Of a DNA stretch of 64,000 bases, positions 1 through 8,489 are shown piece after piece. The DNA comes from Candidatus Sumerlaeota bacterium (GTDB lineage: Bacteria; Sumerlaeota; Sumerlaeia; MWCT01; JAUWMI01). A program made the position numbers and the translations under genes. Each line of letters begins with the position of its first letter. The first letter of the stretch is position 1. The notes beneath the pieces are model-generated. The model worked only from the letters and a program-made list of their open reading frames with translations, did not search any database and was not told the DNA's origin. The stretch lies in the NCBI GenBank assembly GCA_030613245.1, contig JAUWMI010000003.1:65062-129061 (forward strand). Direction: 5' to 3'.

Positions 1-982
1 CTGCCAGCTTCGCAGCGATCTTGGCAATGGGGAAGCCAGTGGCCTTGGAGGCGAGAGCAGAAGAGCGCGAAACGCGGGGATTCATCTCAATGACCACGCG
101 CTCGCCGGTTCGCGGGTGCACGGCAAACTGGATGTTCGCACCGCCGGTCTCGACACCAATGGCGTTGATGATCCGCTTCGCGTCGTCACGCATGTCCTGG
201 TATTCCTTGTCTGTCAATGTTTGAATCGGCGCCACGGTAATGCTATCGCCCGTGTGAACGCCCATGGCATCCACGTTTTCGATTGAACAGATGACGACGA
301 AGTTCTCAGCGTGGTCGCGCATGACCTCGAGCTCGTATTCTTTCCAGCCGATGACGGATTGTTCGATCATGATTTCAGAGATAGGGCTGAGCGTGAGGCC
401 GCGCGTAGCGATCTCGACGAGCTCTTCGATATTATAGGCAATACCCCCACCTGTGCCACCGAGCGTAAAGGAGGGCCGAATTACGCAGGGGAAGCCGATA
501 TCGCGCACCAGCTGCTGAGCATCATTCAGCGTCGTAGCGATTACGCTTTTGGGAACCGGGATGCCAATCTCCGCCATGGTGCGTTTGAAAATGAGACGGT
601 CTTCGCTTTTTTCAATGGCGTGTACCTTGGCGCCAATGAGCTCCACGTTGAAACGGTCGAGCACGCCACGGCGGTGGAGTTCAATGGCAAGATTCAGTCC
701 GGTCTGGCCGCCCAGCGTAGGGAGCAAGGCCTTTGGTTTTTCCTTCTCGATTATTGCTTCCAGGACCTCGGGCGTAAGCGGTTCGACGTACGTGCGGTGG
801 CCGAACTCCGGGTCTGTCATGATGGTGGCGGGATTGGAATTGACGAGCACCACTTCGTAGCCGTCTTCCAATAGGGCCTTGCAGCCTTGCGTGCCCGAGT
901 AGTCAAATTCACACGCCTGGCCAATAACAATGGGGCCGGAGCCGATGATGAGGATTTTGCGAATGTCAGTACGTTTTGGCAT
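1..982 (-). CDS. carB: Carbamoyl-phosphate synthase large subunit, N-terminal part (gene continues beyond window start)
   Basis: Reverse-complement translation from ATG at 982..980 reads [32 protein letters not shown]..., a classic CarB N-terminus. It lies immediately downstream of carA on the same strand. It is not in the ORF track because it runs off the window edge. Confidence 0.9.
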   Translation of the reverse strand, partial: MPKRTDIRKILIIGSGPIVIGQACEFDYSGTQGCKALLEDGYEVVLVNSNPATIMTDPEFGHRTYVEPLTPEVLEAIIEKEKPKALLPTLGGQTGLNLAIELHRRGVLDRFNVELIGAKVHAIEKSEDRLIFKRTMAEIGIPVPKSVIATTLNDAQQLVRDIGFPCVIRPSFTLGGTGGGIAYNIEELVEIATRGLTLSPISEIMIEQSVIGWKEYELEVMRDHAENFVVICSIENVDAMGVHTGDSITVAPIQTLTDKEYQDMRDDAKRIINAIGVETGGANIQFAVHPRTGERVVIEMNPRVSRSSALASKATGFPIAKIAAKLA

Positions 983-1062
983 TTAGTCGTCCGCGATGAA
1001 AGCACGTATCCGCCGCGGCGGATCGCCCTGGGCGGGGGAACCGCGCCTGAGGCGGGCAAATC

Positions 1063-1146
1063 CCGCCCCTACCATTACCGAATTGATAGTCCTTTAAATC
1101 AACGCAATTCTCTAATCTGAACTGAAGATTGACGAATATTGAAGAG
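1063..1146. repeat. ~85-bp element (copy 1) in the carA-carB intergenic space; copy 2 at 2609..2697
   Basis: About 80% identity with 2609..2697. It is preceded by a GC hairpin (ggcgggcaaatcccgcc). An internal inverted repeat GAATTG..CAATTC covaries with GAATGG..CCATTC in copy 2. Confidence 0.6.
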
Positions 1147-1158
1147 CCTTGGTCAGCA

Positions 1159-2283
1159 TCAGGCCCTGCCGCAATGCTCCTCCACCATTTTCCGAAATCG
1201 GGCGAACAGGTAGCGTGAATCGTGAGGCCCGGGAGAGGCTTCCGGATGATATTGCACGGAGAAGGCCGGAAGTTCCTTATGACACAGGCCTTCGACGGTC
1301 TGATCATTCAAGTTCCAATGCGTGATCTGGACTTTGGAGGAGTCGAGGCTGTCGGGATCTACGCAAAAGCCGTGATTCTGGGCTGTAATTTCCACCTTCT
1401 TGGTCTCTACATCAATGACCGGATGATTGGCGCCGCGATGGCCGAATTTCAGTTTGTAGGTCTTGCCACCGAGGGCAAGGCCCAGAATCTGATGGCCAAG
1501 ACAGATACCAAAGATCGGGAACTTACCCAGAAATCTTCGCACTTCACGGATCACGTAGTCCAGTGCTTCAGGGTCGCCCGGGCCATTGGAGAGGATCACG
1601 GCAGCAGGACGGATATCTTCAACTTCGCGTGCGGTTGTTGTGGCCGGCACCACGGTAATATCGAATCCTTCAGCGCTCACCAGATTCAGGATATTGCGCT
1701 TGATGCCGAAATCGTACGCTACGATCTTGTAAATGCGGCGGTCGTCGGTGGGGAGGCGTGCTAACTTAGGCTGGAATTGATACGGCGCGTCTGGGGTTAC
1801 ATGACGCACCAGATCTTGCCCCACCATCGAAGGTGATTGCAGGGTTTTCTCGAGGAGCACATCAGGATCGAGCGTTTCCGTGGAGAGACCGGCGCGCATG
1901 GCGCCTTTCTCGCGAATGTGAAGCACCAGAGCGCGAGTGTCCACGTCTTCCAATCCTATGATGTTAAAGCGCTCGAGGTAATTCTCCAGCGATTCTTTCT
2001 TGCGCCAGTTTGAGGCCAGGGAGGCGCCCTCCTTGATGATCAGCGCAGATACTTGCGGCCTGGGCGATTCCTCGTCTTCGTCGTTAATGCCATAATTGCC
2101 AATCAAGGGATAGGTCATCACGACCATCTGGCCTTTGTAAGAGGGATCCGTGAGGATTTCCTGGTAGCCGGTCATGCTGGTGTTAAAGACGATCTCCGCA
2201 AAGACCTCACCTTCAGCGCCGAAGGCGGTTCCTTCGAAGCTGAGCCCATCTTCAAGGACGAGCTGTGCCCTTTTTTTGGCCAT
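1159..2283 (-). CDS. carA: Carbamoyl-phosphate synthase small subunit (glutamine amidotransferase)
   Basis: ORF track lists 1159..2409. The CarA-like start is MAKKRAQLVLEDG at 2283. GICLGHQ is the class-I GATase active site. The longer N-terminal extension overlaps a repeat element and is unlikely to be translated. Confidence 0.85.
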   Translation of the reverse strand: MAKKRAQLVLEDGLSFEGTAFGAEGEVFAEIVFNTSMTGYQEILTDPSYKGQMVVMTYPLIGNYGINDEDEESPRPQVSALIIKEGASLASNWRKKESLENYLERFNIIGLEDVDTRALVLHIREKGAMRAGLSTETLDPDVLLEKTLQSPSMVGQDLVRHVTPDAPYQFQPKLARLPTDDRRIYKIVAYDFGIKRNILNLVSAEGFDITVVPATTTAREVEDIRPAAVILSNGPGDPEALDYVIREVRRFLGKFPIFGICLGHQILGLALGGKTYKLKFGHRGANHPVIDVETKKVEITAQNHGFCVDPDSLDSSKVQITHWNLNDQTVEGLCHKELPAFSVQYHPEASPGPHDSRYLFARFRKMVEEHCGRA

Positions 2284-2398
2284 TTGCTCTGGCTTTCTAT
2301 TCCATTGCCCGATTTGTTGGAGGGGACAATTAGCAACCGAGGGTGCCACTGTCAAGAAGCAAATAAGTGAAGTGTAGCAATGTGCTGTCTTTGAACCC

Positions 2399-2577
2399 GG
2401 ATTCTGCATTAGGAAAGGCGAGGGGACCCCTTTTGAAAAAGGGTTACCCCTCGCGCTCCCCTCCGAAACCTTTTCTTACGAGCGATTTTATCCGCCTTCG
2501 CAAGGCTTCGGCGGATGAAATCACCACCTTATATTCTTGCACCTTTTTGTGATGAAGGAAGGATGCAATAGTGAGGC
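2399..2577 (+). repeat. MITE-like structured repeat, copy 1 (long form)
   Basis: Core gcgaggggaccccttttgaaaaagggttacccctcgc forms a hairpin. A second hairpin is atttcatccgcc..ggcggatgaaat. About 90% identical to 53560..53737. Confidence 0.7.
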
Positions 2578-2608
2578 CATCCGCGATGAAAAATGTAGGG
2601 GCGAGGTC

Positions 2609-2697
2609 TCCTCGCCCCTACATTTACCCGAATGGATACCCATTTGAATTAACGCCATTCTCTGATCTGAACTGAAGGTTGACGGATCTTGGGAATA
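2609..2697. repeat. ~85-bp element (copy 2), upstream of carA
   Basis: Same orientation and a similar distance from the downstream car gene as copy 1. It is preceded by the hairpin gtaggggcgaggtctcctcgcccctac (2595..2621). Confidence 0.6.
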
Positions 2698-2862
2698 ATT
2701 CTTTCATTGACTGCGTGACCCCTTTTTGTAATACTTTGTAATTACCAGTAGTGAAGGGCCTTTTTCAAGCATGAAAAATGGGGCAGTGCGGCGATTCATA
2801 TGCGGGAAGTGATGTTTTTCCCATTTTCGCTTTTAGTTAAACATGCGGAGGGGGATGTTTCC

Positions 2863-3498
2863 ATGAAGGGACGCTTTCAAGAAACAATTTTAATCCTGGC
2901 TATTTTGATCTTTTGCTTTTGCTCAGAATCAATTCTGGCACAAAGTAATGCGTGGAATGTAGAGCTGGTCGGGCAAATTGGGGGAGCTTGCAATGCAGTC
3001 TTTGTCCAGAGGAATTATGCTTACATTGGCGAGGGGTCAAATCTAACAATACTGGATATAAGCGATCCATCAAACCCAGAGCCTATGGGCAAGGTTCTCC
3101 TTCCTGGTATTGTGTATGGCGTCTACGTCTCGGGGAATCATGCCTACGTGGCTGATAAGTATGAGGGCTTACGGATAGTAGATGTGAGCATACCCTCCTC
3201 GCCTCGCGAAGTCGGCTATTATGATACGCCGGGCTGGGCCAGGAGCGTGTATGTTTCCGGCAATTATGCCTACCTGGCTGACGGTTCAGGCCTGAGCATT
3301 ATTGACATCAGTAATCCCGCAGCGGCTTTTCAATGCGGGTATTATGAAACGCCGAGCGGGGCTCCACTTTACGTTGATGACATTGAAGTCTATTTGCCTC
3401 CATACGAGCTTGCACCGTCAGGAGATGTGACTGTTGCGGATCCCCGCTGGACACTGTACGAAATAGAAGTGCAGCGACTCGGAAGTTCCCTGGTGTGA
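2863..3498 (+). CDS. Secreted LVIVD-repeat (beta-propeller) protein whose C-terminal tail is shared with paralogous loci
   Basis: ATG at 2863 follows a GGAGGGGG SD. Signal peptide MKGRFQETILILAILIFCF. Repeated YAYVADxxxGLxIVDVSxPSxP units. The last ~40 codons are >90% nt-identical to the 3' end of the gene at 17302..18207. Confidence 0.7.
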   Translation: MKGRFQETILILAILIFCFCSESILAQSNAWNVELVGQIGGACNAVFVQRNYAYIGEGSNLTILDISDPSNPEPMGKVLLPGIVYGVYVSGNHAYVADKYEGLRIVDVSIPSSPREVGYYDTPGWARSVYVSGNYAYLADGSGLSIIDISNPAAAFQCGYYETPSGAPLYVDDIEVYLPPYELAPSGDVTVADPRWTLYEIEVQRLGSSLV

Positions 3499-3630
3499 TA
3501 GCGTGATAGGAGCAATCAGACACAAGTGAAGCGGGCAGGCGAAAAACTTCAGCTCGCCCACTATTTTCTTGAATTCCTCGAATTGTCTACAGAAGAGGAA
3601 AACACAATACAATGCAGGGGAGGTGATACC

Positions 3631-5457
3631 GTGAAAGAGAAATTTGCACAACGGATGCTGCTTTTGACGCTTTTCATGCTTTGCAGCGCGTCAATTGCCC
3701 TGGCGGGATACCAGCCGGTATGGGAGGAGCACTTTAGCGGTGGAACATATGATCAGACATGGACGGATATGGTTGTAGGTGGCGACCCGGGAACTTTCAA
3801 TATCGTCAGTTCAGACGATTATTATGCGGCTGGGCTTGTTTTCCCAAACCCCAGTGGAGACAACTATGCGTTGCGTTGCGATGTCGTGTCGACCAACCAC
3901 GGAACCAGAGGCATGGTTGCTGGCAATAGTACCTGGACTGCCTACATGGTCTCCATCTATATGTTTGTGTGCATTGATGACTCGTATCGTCACGACACGT
4001 GCCTCATGGGACGTACAAACGTGAGCGCCGCAAGCTGGGGCAGTGGAGTAAAGTTCGGCTATTATACGGAGGATTGGTGGGGTATTCCGGCTCCCTGCTG
4101 GGGCATGCGTAAGAACTACGATGGGCCAGACCCGTTCACCAGCGATACCTTGGGTGATCATGGGTGGCACCGCCTGACAATGGTCTTTTCAGGCAACCAT
4201 GTTGACGCCTATCTGGACAAGTCGTACGAGGAGATTGTTAACGACATAAATGCTAGCAACCCACCCCTTCTCCAGTCTGATTACGACACAGACCCTCATC
4301 CGAGCGCAGGAGGCATTGGGTTTTATGGCGTCTATATGGATATGGTTGAAGGAGAGCCAAGCGGGGCTCCACTTTACGTTGATGACATTGAAGTCTATCT
4401 GCCGCCCTATGAGCTTCCCCCTGCGCCAACACCATCACCAACGCCCTGCCAGATTGTCTTTGACTTTATCCCGGATAGTGACGGCTGGACAACCGGAGGT
4501 GCGCCGCTTGTCTTCTCCACTCCTGAGTTTGGTTGGGAACCTGGCTATTTAAAGATGGTCTCTCAAACTAATACAAACACGTTCGGCTACTGGCAGAGCA
4601 CGCCGGGAGCAGTGCCGGTGGATGCGAATTTTCTGTATCGTGCACGCTTCAGAGTGATGACCGACATTACGGAAAAATCCGTTGTTCCGCAGATACGGTT
4701 GCGGGCAAACTCGTCGAATCTGCAGCAGTATGATTTGCTTTCGATCGAGAGTGCCGGTGATGGTGGTGCGTCACCTGCCGTGGCGGGCACGGATTACGAT
4801 CTTTATTTCGCGCCGCCTGCGAATGATGCCGACGCGCTGCTTGCATTTGACCTTGTCAATTTCAACCCTGACGATGCAGCGGTGGCTGAGCTTGCTCTGG
4901 ATAGCGTGACTGTTGATCGCTTTTCTCTTGATTCGCTCTCGACGCCGACAATTGTTTGCGATTACACTTTTGATGTGACTGCAGATGGCTGGACAACTGG
5001 TGGTGCACCGACCGTGTTCAGTCCGCCGGACTACCGGCATTCTTATGGGGCACTTGAGCTGCGGGCAACTACGAATACGAATACGTTTGGGTTCTGGGTA
5101 AACAATCCTACGGATATTATGATTGAGGCGAATCAATTGTATTGCGGGATTTTCGAAGTGCGCACGGATGTCACAAATCCTGCGCTTGTTCCGGAGATGT
5201 GGCTGCGGTTCAATGCCGGGAATTTCCAGGCCTCGGAAACCTTCGGCATCACTAGCTTTGGCGATGGGGCAAATTCACCCGGCACCACAAACACAATATA
5301 TAACCGGCTCTATTTTTTGCCGCCTGCGAGCTGCGTTGGCGAGAATCTGATCGTTTCGTTTGATATACTGAACTTCAATCCAGACGATGCAGCCGAGGCG
5401 TCGCTCTTACTCGACCGCGCAACGATTGAAGCCCTCTCAATCCCAACCGCACCCTGA
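3631..5457 (+). CDS. Secreted protein: ~270-aa N-domain, Pro/Thr linker, then two tandem ~165-aa uncharacterised domains
   Basis: GTG start at 3631 after GGAGGTG. Signal peptide MKEKFAQRMLLLTLFMLCSASIALA. Two repeats bear DGWTTGGAP...TNTNTFG.W...LNFNPDDAA. The N-domain is a paralog of 17302..18207. Confidence 0.75.
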   Translation: MKEKFAQRMLLLTLFMLCSASIALAGYQPVWEEHFSGGTYDQTWTDMVVGGDPGTFNIVSSDDYYAAGLVFPNPSGDNYALRCDVVSTNHGTRGMVAGNSTWTAYMVSIYMFVCIDDSYRHDTCLMGRTNVSAASWGSGVKFGYYTEDWWGIPAPCWGMRKNYDGPDPFTSDTLGDHGWHRLTMVFSGNHVDAYLDKSYEEIVNDINASNPPLLQSDYDTDPHPSAGGIGFYGVYMDMVEGEPSGAPLYVDDIEVYLPPYELPPAPTPSPTPCQIVFDFIPDSDGWTTGGAPLVFSTPEFGWEPGYLKMVSQTNTNTFGYWQSTPGAVPVDANFLYRARFRVMTDITEKSVVPQIRLRANSSNLQQYDLLSIESAGDGGASPAVAGTDYDLYFAPPANDADALLAFDLVNFNPDDAAVAELALDSVTVDRFSLDSLSTPTIVCDYTFDVTADGWTTGGAPTVFSPPDYRHSYGALELRATTNTNTFGFWVNNPTDIMIEANQLYCGIFEVRTDVTNPALVPEMWLRFNAGNFQASETFGITSFGDGANSPGTTNTIYNRLYFLPPASCVGENLIVSFDILNFNPDDAAEASLLLDRATIEALSIPTAP

Positions 5458-5523
5458 CCTTCGGGAAAATCCTCATGTAATCAAATGTCAGGGCGTTTAG
5501 TTAAACGCCCCTACAGACTTATG

Positions 5524-5632
5524 CGAGGGGACCCCTTTTGAAAAAGGGTTACCCCTCGCGCTCCCCTCCTAAACCTTTCCGTACGGGCAATTTCATCCGC
5601 CTTCGCCAGGCTTCGGCGAATGAAATCGCCAC
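5524..5632 (+). repeat. MITE-like structured repeat, copy 2 (short form)
   Basis: Shares the first ~110 bp with copies 1 and 4. It is flanked by cccctacag ... ctgtagggg (REP-like hairpins at 5490..5514 and 5669..5697). Confidence 0.7.
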
Positions 5633-5855
5633 TGGCTTCTGGTTTGCCGGAGCAGATGTCTGGCCACCTGTAGGGGCACGCTGCAGCGTGCCCCTACATC
5701 ATGTGAAGACAAAATGCCTTCGCGACAGCCCGCCACAGGCGGACAAGCGCGCCCTTCCCCCGGGGCTGCTGCAGCAAATGAAAAAGTGTTTTACAAACTT
5801 TGCATGCTTCTGTATGTAAGTTCGTACGTGCAGACTGGAAAAGGGGATAAGTCGG

Positions 5856-7451
5856 ATGATGCAGCGGTTTACAATATGGGTGATTGTTGGACTAGCGATG
5901 ATAGGAGTCGGTGGTGTTCATGCAGTTGAGCGAAGCGAGACCTTGATTTATAATGTCGGGACCGAGCCGGAGACGCTTGATCCCGCGCTATGCACTGGCA
6001 TTCCTGAGGCTTCGATCATTCTGAATTGTTTCGAGGGGTTGATTCGACTGGACGCGGAAGGGCGGGTGTATCCTGGTGCGGCGGAGCGTTGGGAAGAGTC
6101 AGCAGATGGCAGTACGTATACGTTCCATTTGCGCAAGGCGCGCTGGTCGAACGGTGATCCTGTGAGAGCGAGCGACTTTGTCTATGCGTGGCACCGCGTG
6201 CTGCGTCCCGGAACTGCATCCGAGTATGTTTATCAGCTCTACTATATTCGTGGGGCGCGGGACTATACCACTGGTAAGCTCGATAACCCTAGCTCTGTCG
6301 GCATCCGCGCTATTGATGGTCAGACCCTCGAAGTTCAGCTTGAGAGCCCTACTCCCTATTTTCTTTCACTTCTGGCACACACGACGTATATGCCGGTGAA
6401 CCCACGCGTTGTGGCGAATAATCCTGAGTGGGCGTTGGCTCCTAAGACGTACGTAGGCAACGGTGCGTTTCAGATGGTTGAGTGGCGGCATCACAATCGT
6501 CTGAGGTGCAGAAAAAATCCGTACTATTGGAACGCAAAAGCGGTTCGGCTGAAGGAGCTTGTATATCGCATGATTGAAGAGGAATCTACGGAATTGACGG
6601 TGTTCGAAACGGATGCCATTGACGTAACTCACACAGTGCCACTTCCAGACATTCCGCGCCTCGAGCGAACTGGCCAGCTCCAGCGCTCTCCCTACATTGG
6701 GACGTACTACGTCTGTTTCAATACTCGGAAGGCGCCGTTTGACAACCCAAACGTGCGTAAGGCATTCACGCTGGCAGTGAATCGTCAGATAATCGTAGAT
6801 AAGATCACCCGTGGTGGGCAGGTGCCGGCACGGGCGTTTGTGCCGCATGGGGTGAAGGATGCTGATGGCCGAACTGACTTTAGAACAGTGGGCGGCAACT
6901 ACTTTTCGGATAATGCAGTGAAAGAGGCGCAGACGCTGCTGGCCAAAGCCGGCTATCCTGGCGGCAAGGGCTTTCCTGTAGTCACGTATCTCTATAATAC
7001 GATGGAACAACACAAGATTATTGCTGAGGCAATGCAAGATATGTGGCGTCGGGCGCTGGGAGTCAAGGTGCGTCTTCAGAATCAGGAATGGAAAGTTGTG
7101 ATCAAGAACCGGCGCGATGGTAACTACCAGTTTGCCCGCCACGGCTGGATTGGCGACTACCTTGATCCTATGACGTTTCTCGATCTTTTCGTGACCGAAA
7201 GCGGTAACAATGACGCACAGTGGTCAAACCTGCGCTATGATGCCCTGATCCAGGAAGCAAAGCAACTGCGTGATCAAGACCGCCGGATGGCCTTGATGCA
7301 CCAGGCTGAGGCGATTCTCTTCGACGACATGCCGATTTGTCCGATCTATTATTACGTAAACCTCTACCTTCAGAAACCGTACGTTAAGAACGTCATTCGC
7401 AATCCGCTAGGATACATTGATTTCACACAGGCGTATATTGAACGTCCATAG
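5856..7451 (+). CDS. ABC transporter substrate-binding protein, family 5 (OppA/DppA-like)
   Basis: Signal peptide. Length and motifs of SBP_bac_5 proteins (e.g. ...GAAERWEESADGSTYTFHLRKARWSNGDPV...). Confidence 0.8.
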   Translation: MMQRFTIWVIVGLAMIGVGGVHAVERSETLIYNVGTEPETLDPALCTGIPEASIILNCFEGLIRLDAEGRVYPGAAERWEESADGSTYTFHLRKARWSNGDPVRASDFVYAWHRVLRPGTASEYVYQLYYIRGARDYTTGKLDNPSSVGIRAIDGQTLEVQLESPTPYFLSLLAHTTYMPVNPRVVANNPEWALAPKTYVGNGAFQMVEWRHHNRLRCRKNPYYWNAKAVRLKELVYRMIEEESTELTVFETDAIDVTHTVPLPDIPRLERTGQLQRSPYIGTYYVCFNTRKAPFDNPNVRKAFTLAVNRQIIVDKITRGGQVPARAFVPHGVKDADGRTDFRTVGGNYFSDNAVKEAQTLLAKAGYPGGKGFPVVTYLYNTMEQHKIIAEAMQDMWRRALGVKVRLQNQEWKVVIKNRRDGNYQFARHGWIGDYLDPMTFLDLFVTESGNNDAQWSNLRYDALIQEAKQLRDQDRRMALMHQAEAILFDDMPICPIYYYVNLYLQKPYVKNVIRNPLGYIDFTQAYIERP

Positions 7452-7544
7452 GTGTGCTCTGCGGGTATTAATCATGTTGTGATGGCAAAGGTTCGTAGTG
7501 AGCAATGCCATGGGCGCTGCTTTTCTATCCGGGATGGTTGTGCG

Positions 7545-8471
7545 ATGCTGGGATACGTGCTGAAACGAGTGGGGCATCTGGTGATTGTCATCTGGATTAT
7601 TATTACGATCACGTTTGCGATGATGCATGCGATTCCCGGTGGGCCGTTTGACAGCGAGCGCTACGTGGCTGAAGAGATTCGCGCACATATCGAGGCGCGC
7701 TACAGGCTCGATGAGCCGTTGTATAAGCAGTATCTGGACTATCTGTGGCATGTGGTGCAAGGCGACCTCGGGCCGTCGCTTACCTACGAAGGCCGGCGAG
7801 TGAACGATATCATTAAAGACGGATTTCCGAAGTCGGCGCTCCTGGGCTTTATATCGGTGCTTGTTTCATTGCTGGTGGGTGTACCGATCGGCGTATATTC
7901 TGCACTCAAGCATAATCGCTGGCAGGATCATACGGTGATGCTGATGGCGATTGTTGGTGTATCGGTGCCGAGTTTTATTCTGGCCACGCTGCTGGTATAC
8001 TATTTCGGCCTGAAGTTGCAATGGCTTCCAGCAGCGGGGTGGGGGAGTGTGCAGCAGATCGTTTTGCCTGCACTGGCGTTGTCGGGCTTCTCGCTCGCCT
8101 TCATCACACGCCTGACGCGTGCCAGCATGCTAGATGTGATGGGTCAGGACTATATTCGCACGGCACAGGCGAAAGGCGTCGCGCAAGGAGTTATTCTGTT
8201 TCGCCATGCGCTGAAGAACGCCATTCTACCCGTTGTCACTTACCTCGGCCCGCTGATTGCTGCTGTATTTACCGGCAGCTTCGTGGTTGAGAAGATTTTT
8301 AGTATTCCGGGGCTCGGGCAATTCTTCGTGACGAGCGTGGCCAATCGCGACTATACCGTGATTCTCGGGGTTACGGTTTTTTATGGCACGCTACTCGTGA
8401 CCATGAACATTCTGGTTGACCTGGTCTATATGTTTCTGGATCCCCGAATCGTGTTTCACAAGCAGGATTGA
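7545..8471 (+). CDS. ABC transporter permease (OppB/DppB-like)
   Basis: ATG at 7545 (MLGYVLKRVGHLVIV...). Six TM segments. The BPD_transp_1 signature region is present. Confidence 0.8.
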   Translation: MLGYVLKRVGHLVIVIWIIITITFAMMHAIPGGPFDSERYVAEEIRAHIEARYRLDEPLYKQYLDYLWHVVQGDLGPSLTYEGRRVNDIIKDGFPKSALLGFISVLVSLLVGVPIGVYSALKHNRWQDHTVMLMAIVGVSVPSFILATLLVYYFGLKLQWLPAAGWGSVQQIVLPALALSGFSLAFITRLTRASMLDVMGQDYIRTAQAKGVAQGVILFRHALKNAILPVVTYLGPLIAAVFTGSFVVEKIFSIPGLGQFFVTSVANRDYTVILGVTVFYGTLLVTMNILVDLVYMFLDPRIVFHKQD

Positions 8472-8489
8472 GCTGCGCGAGAATCCGCC

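Noticed and set aside
311-874. 187-aa plus-strand ORF (and overlapping ORFs at 549..860 and 817..1059)
   Set aside because: It lies antisense to, or out of frame with, the clearly conserved carB coding sequence on the minus strand. The translated sequence has no protein-like features.
1222-1764. 180-aa plus-strand ORF
   Set aside because: It is antisense to carA, a GC-rich frame artefact.
2284-2409. N-terminal extension of the carA ORF (MQNPGSKTAHCYTSL…)
   Set aside because: The CarA homology begins at MAKKRAQLVLEDG. The extension overlaps the MITE-like repeat and has no CarA counterpart.
4417-4450. Pro/Thr-rich tracts (PPAPTPSPTP; also TPTDTSTPTPRPTPT at about 51700) as low-complexity DNA repeats
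   Set aside because: These are coding inter-domain linkers, not nucleotide-level tandem repeats.
6366-7142. 258-aa minus-strand ORF
   Set aside because: It is antisense to the well-supported OppA-like SBP gene.
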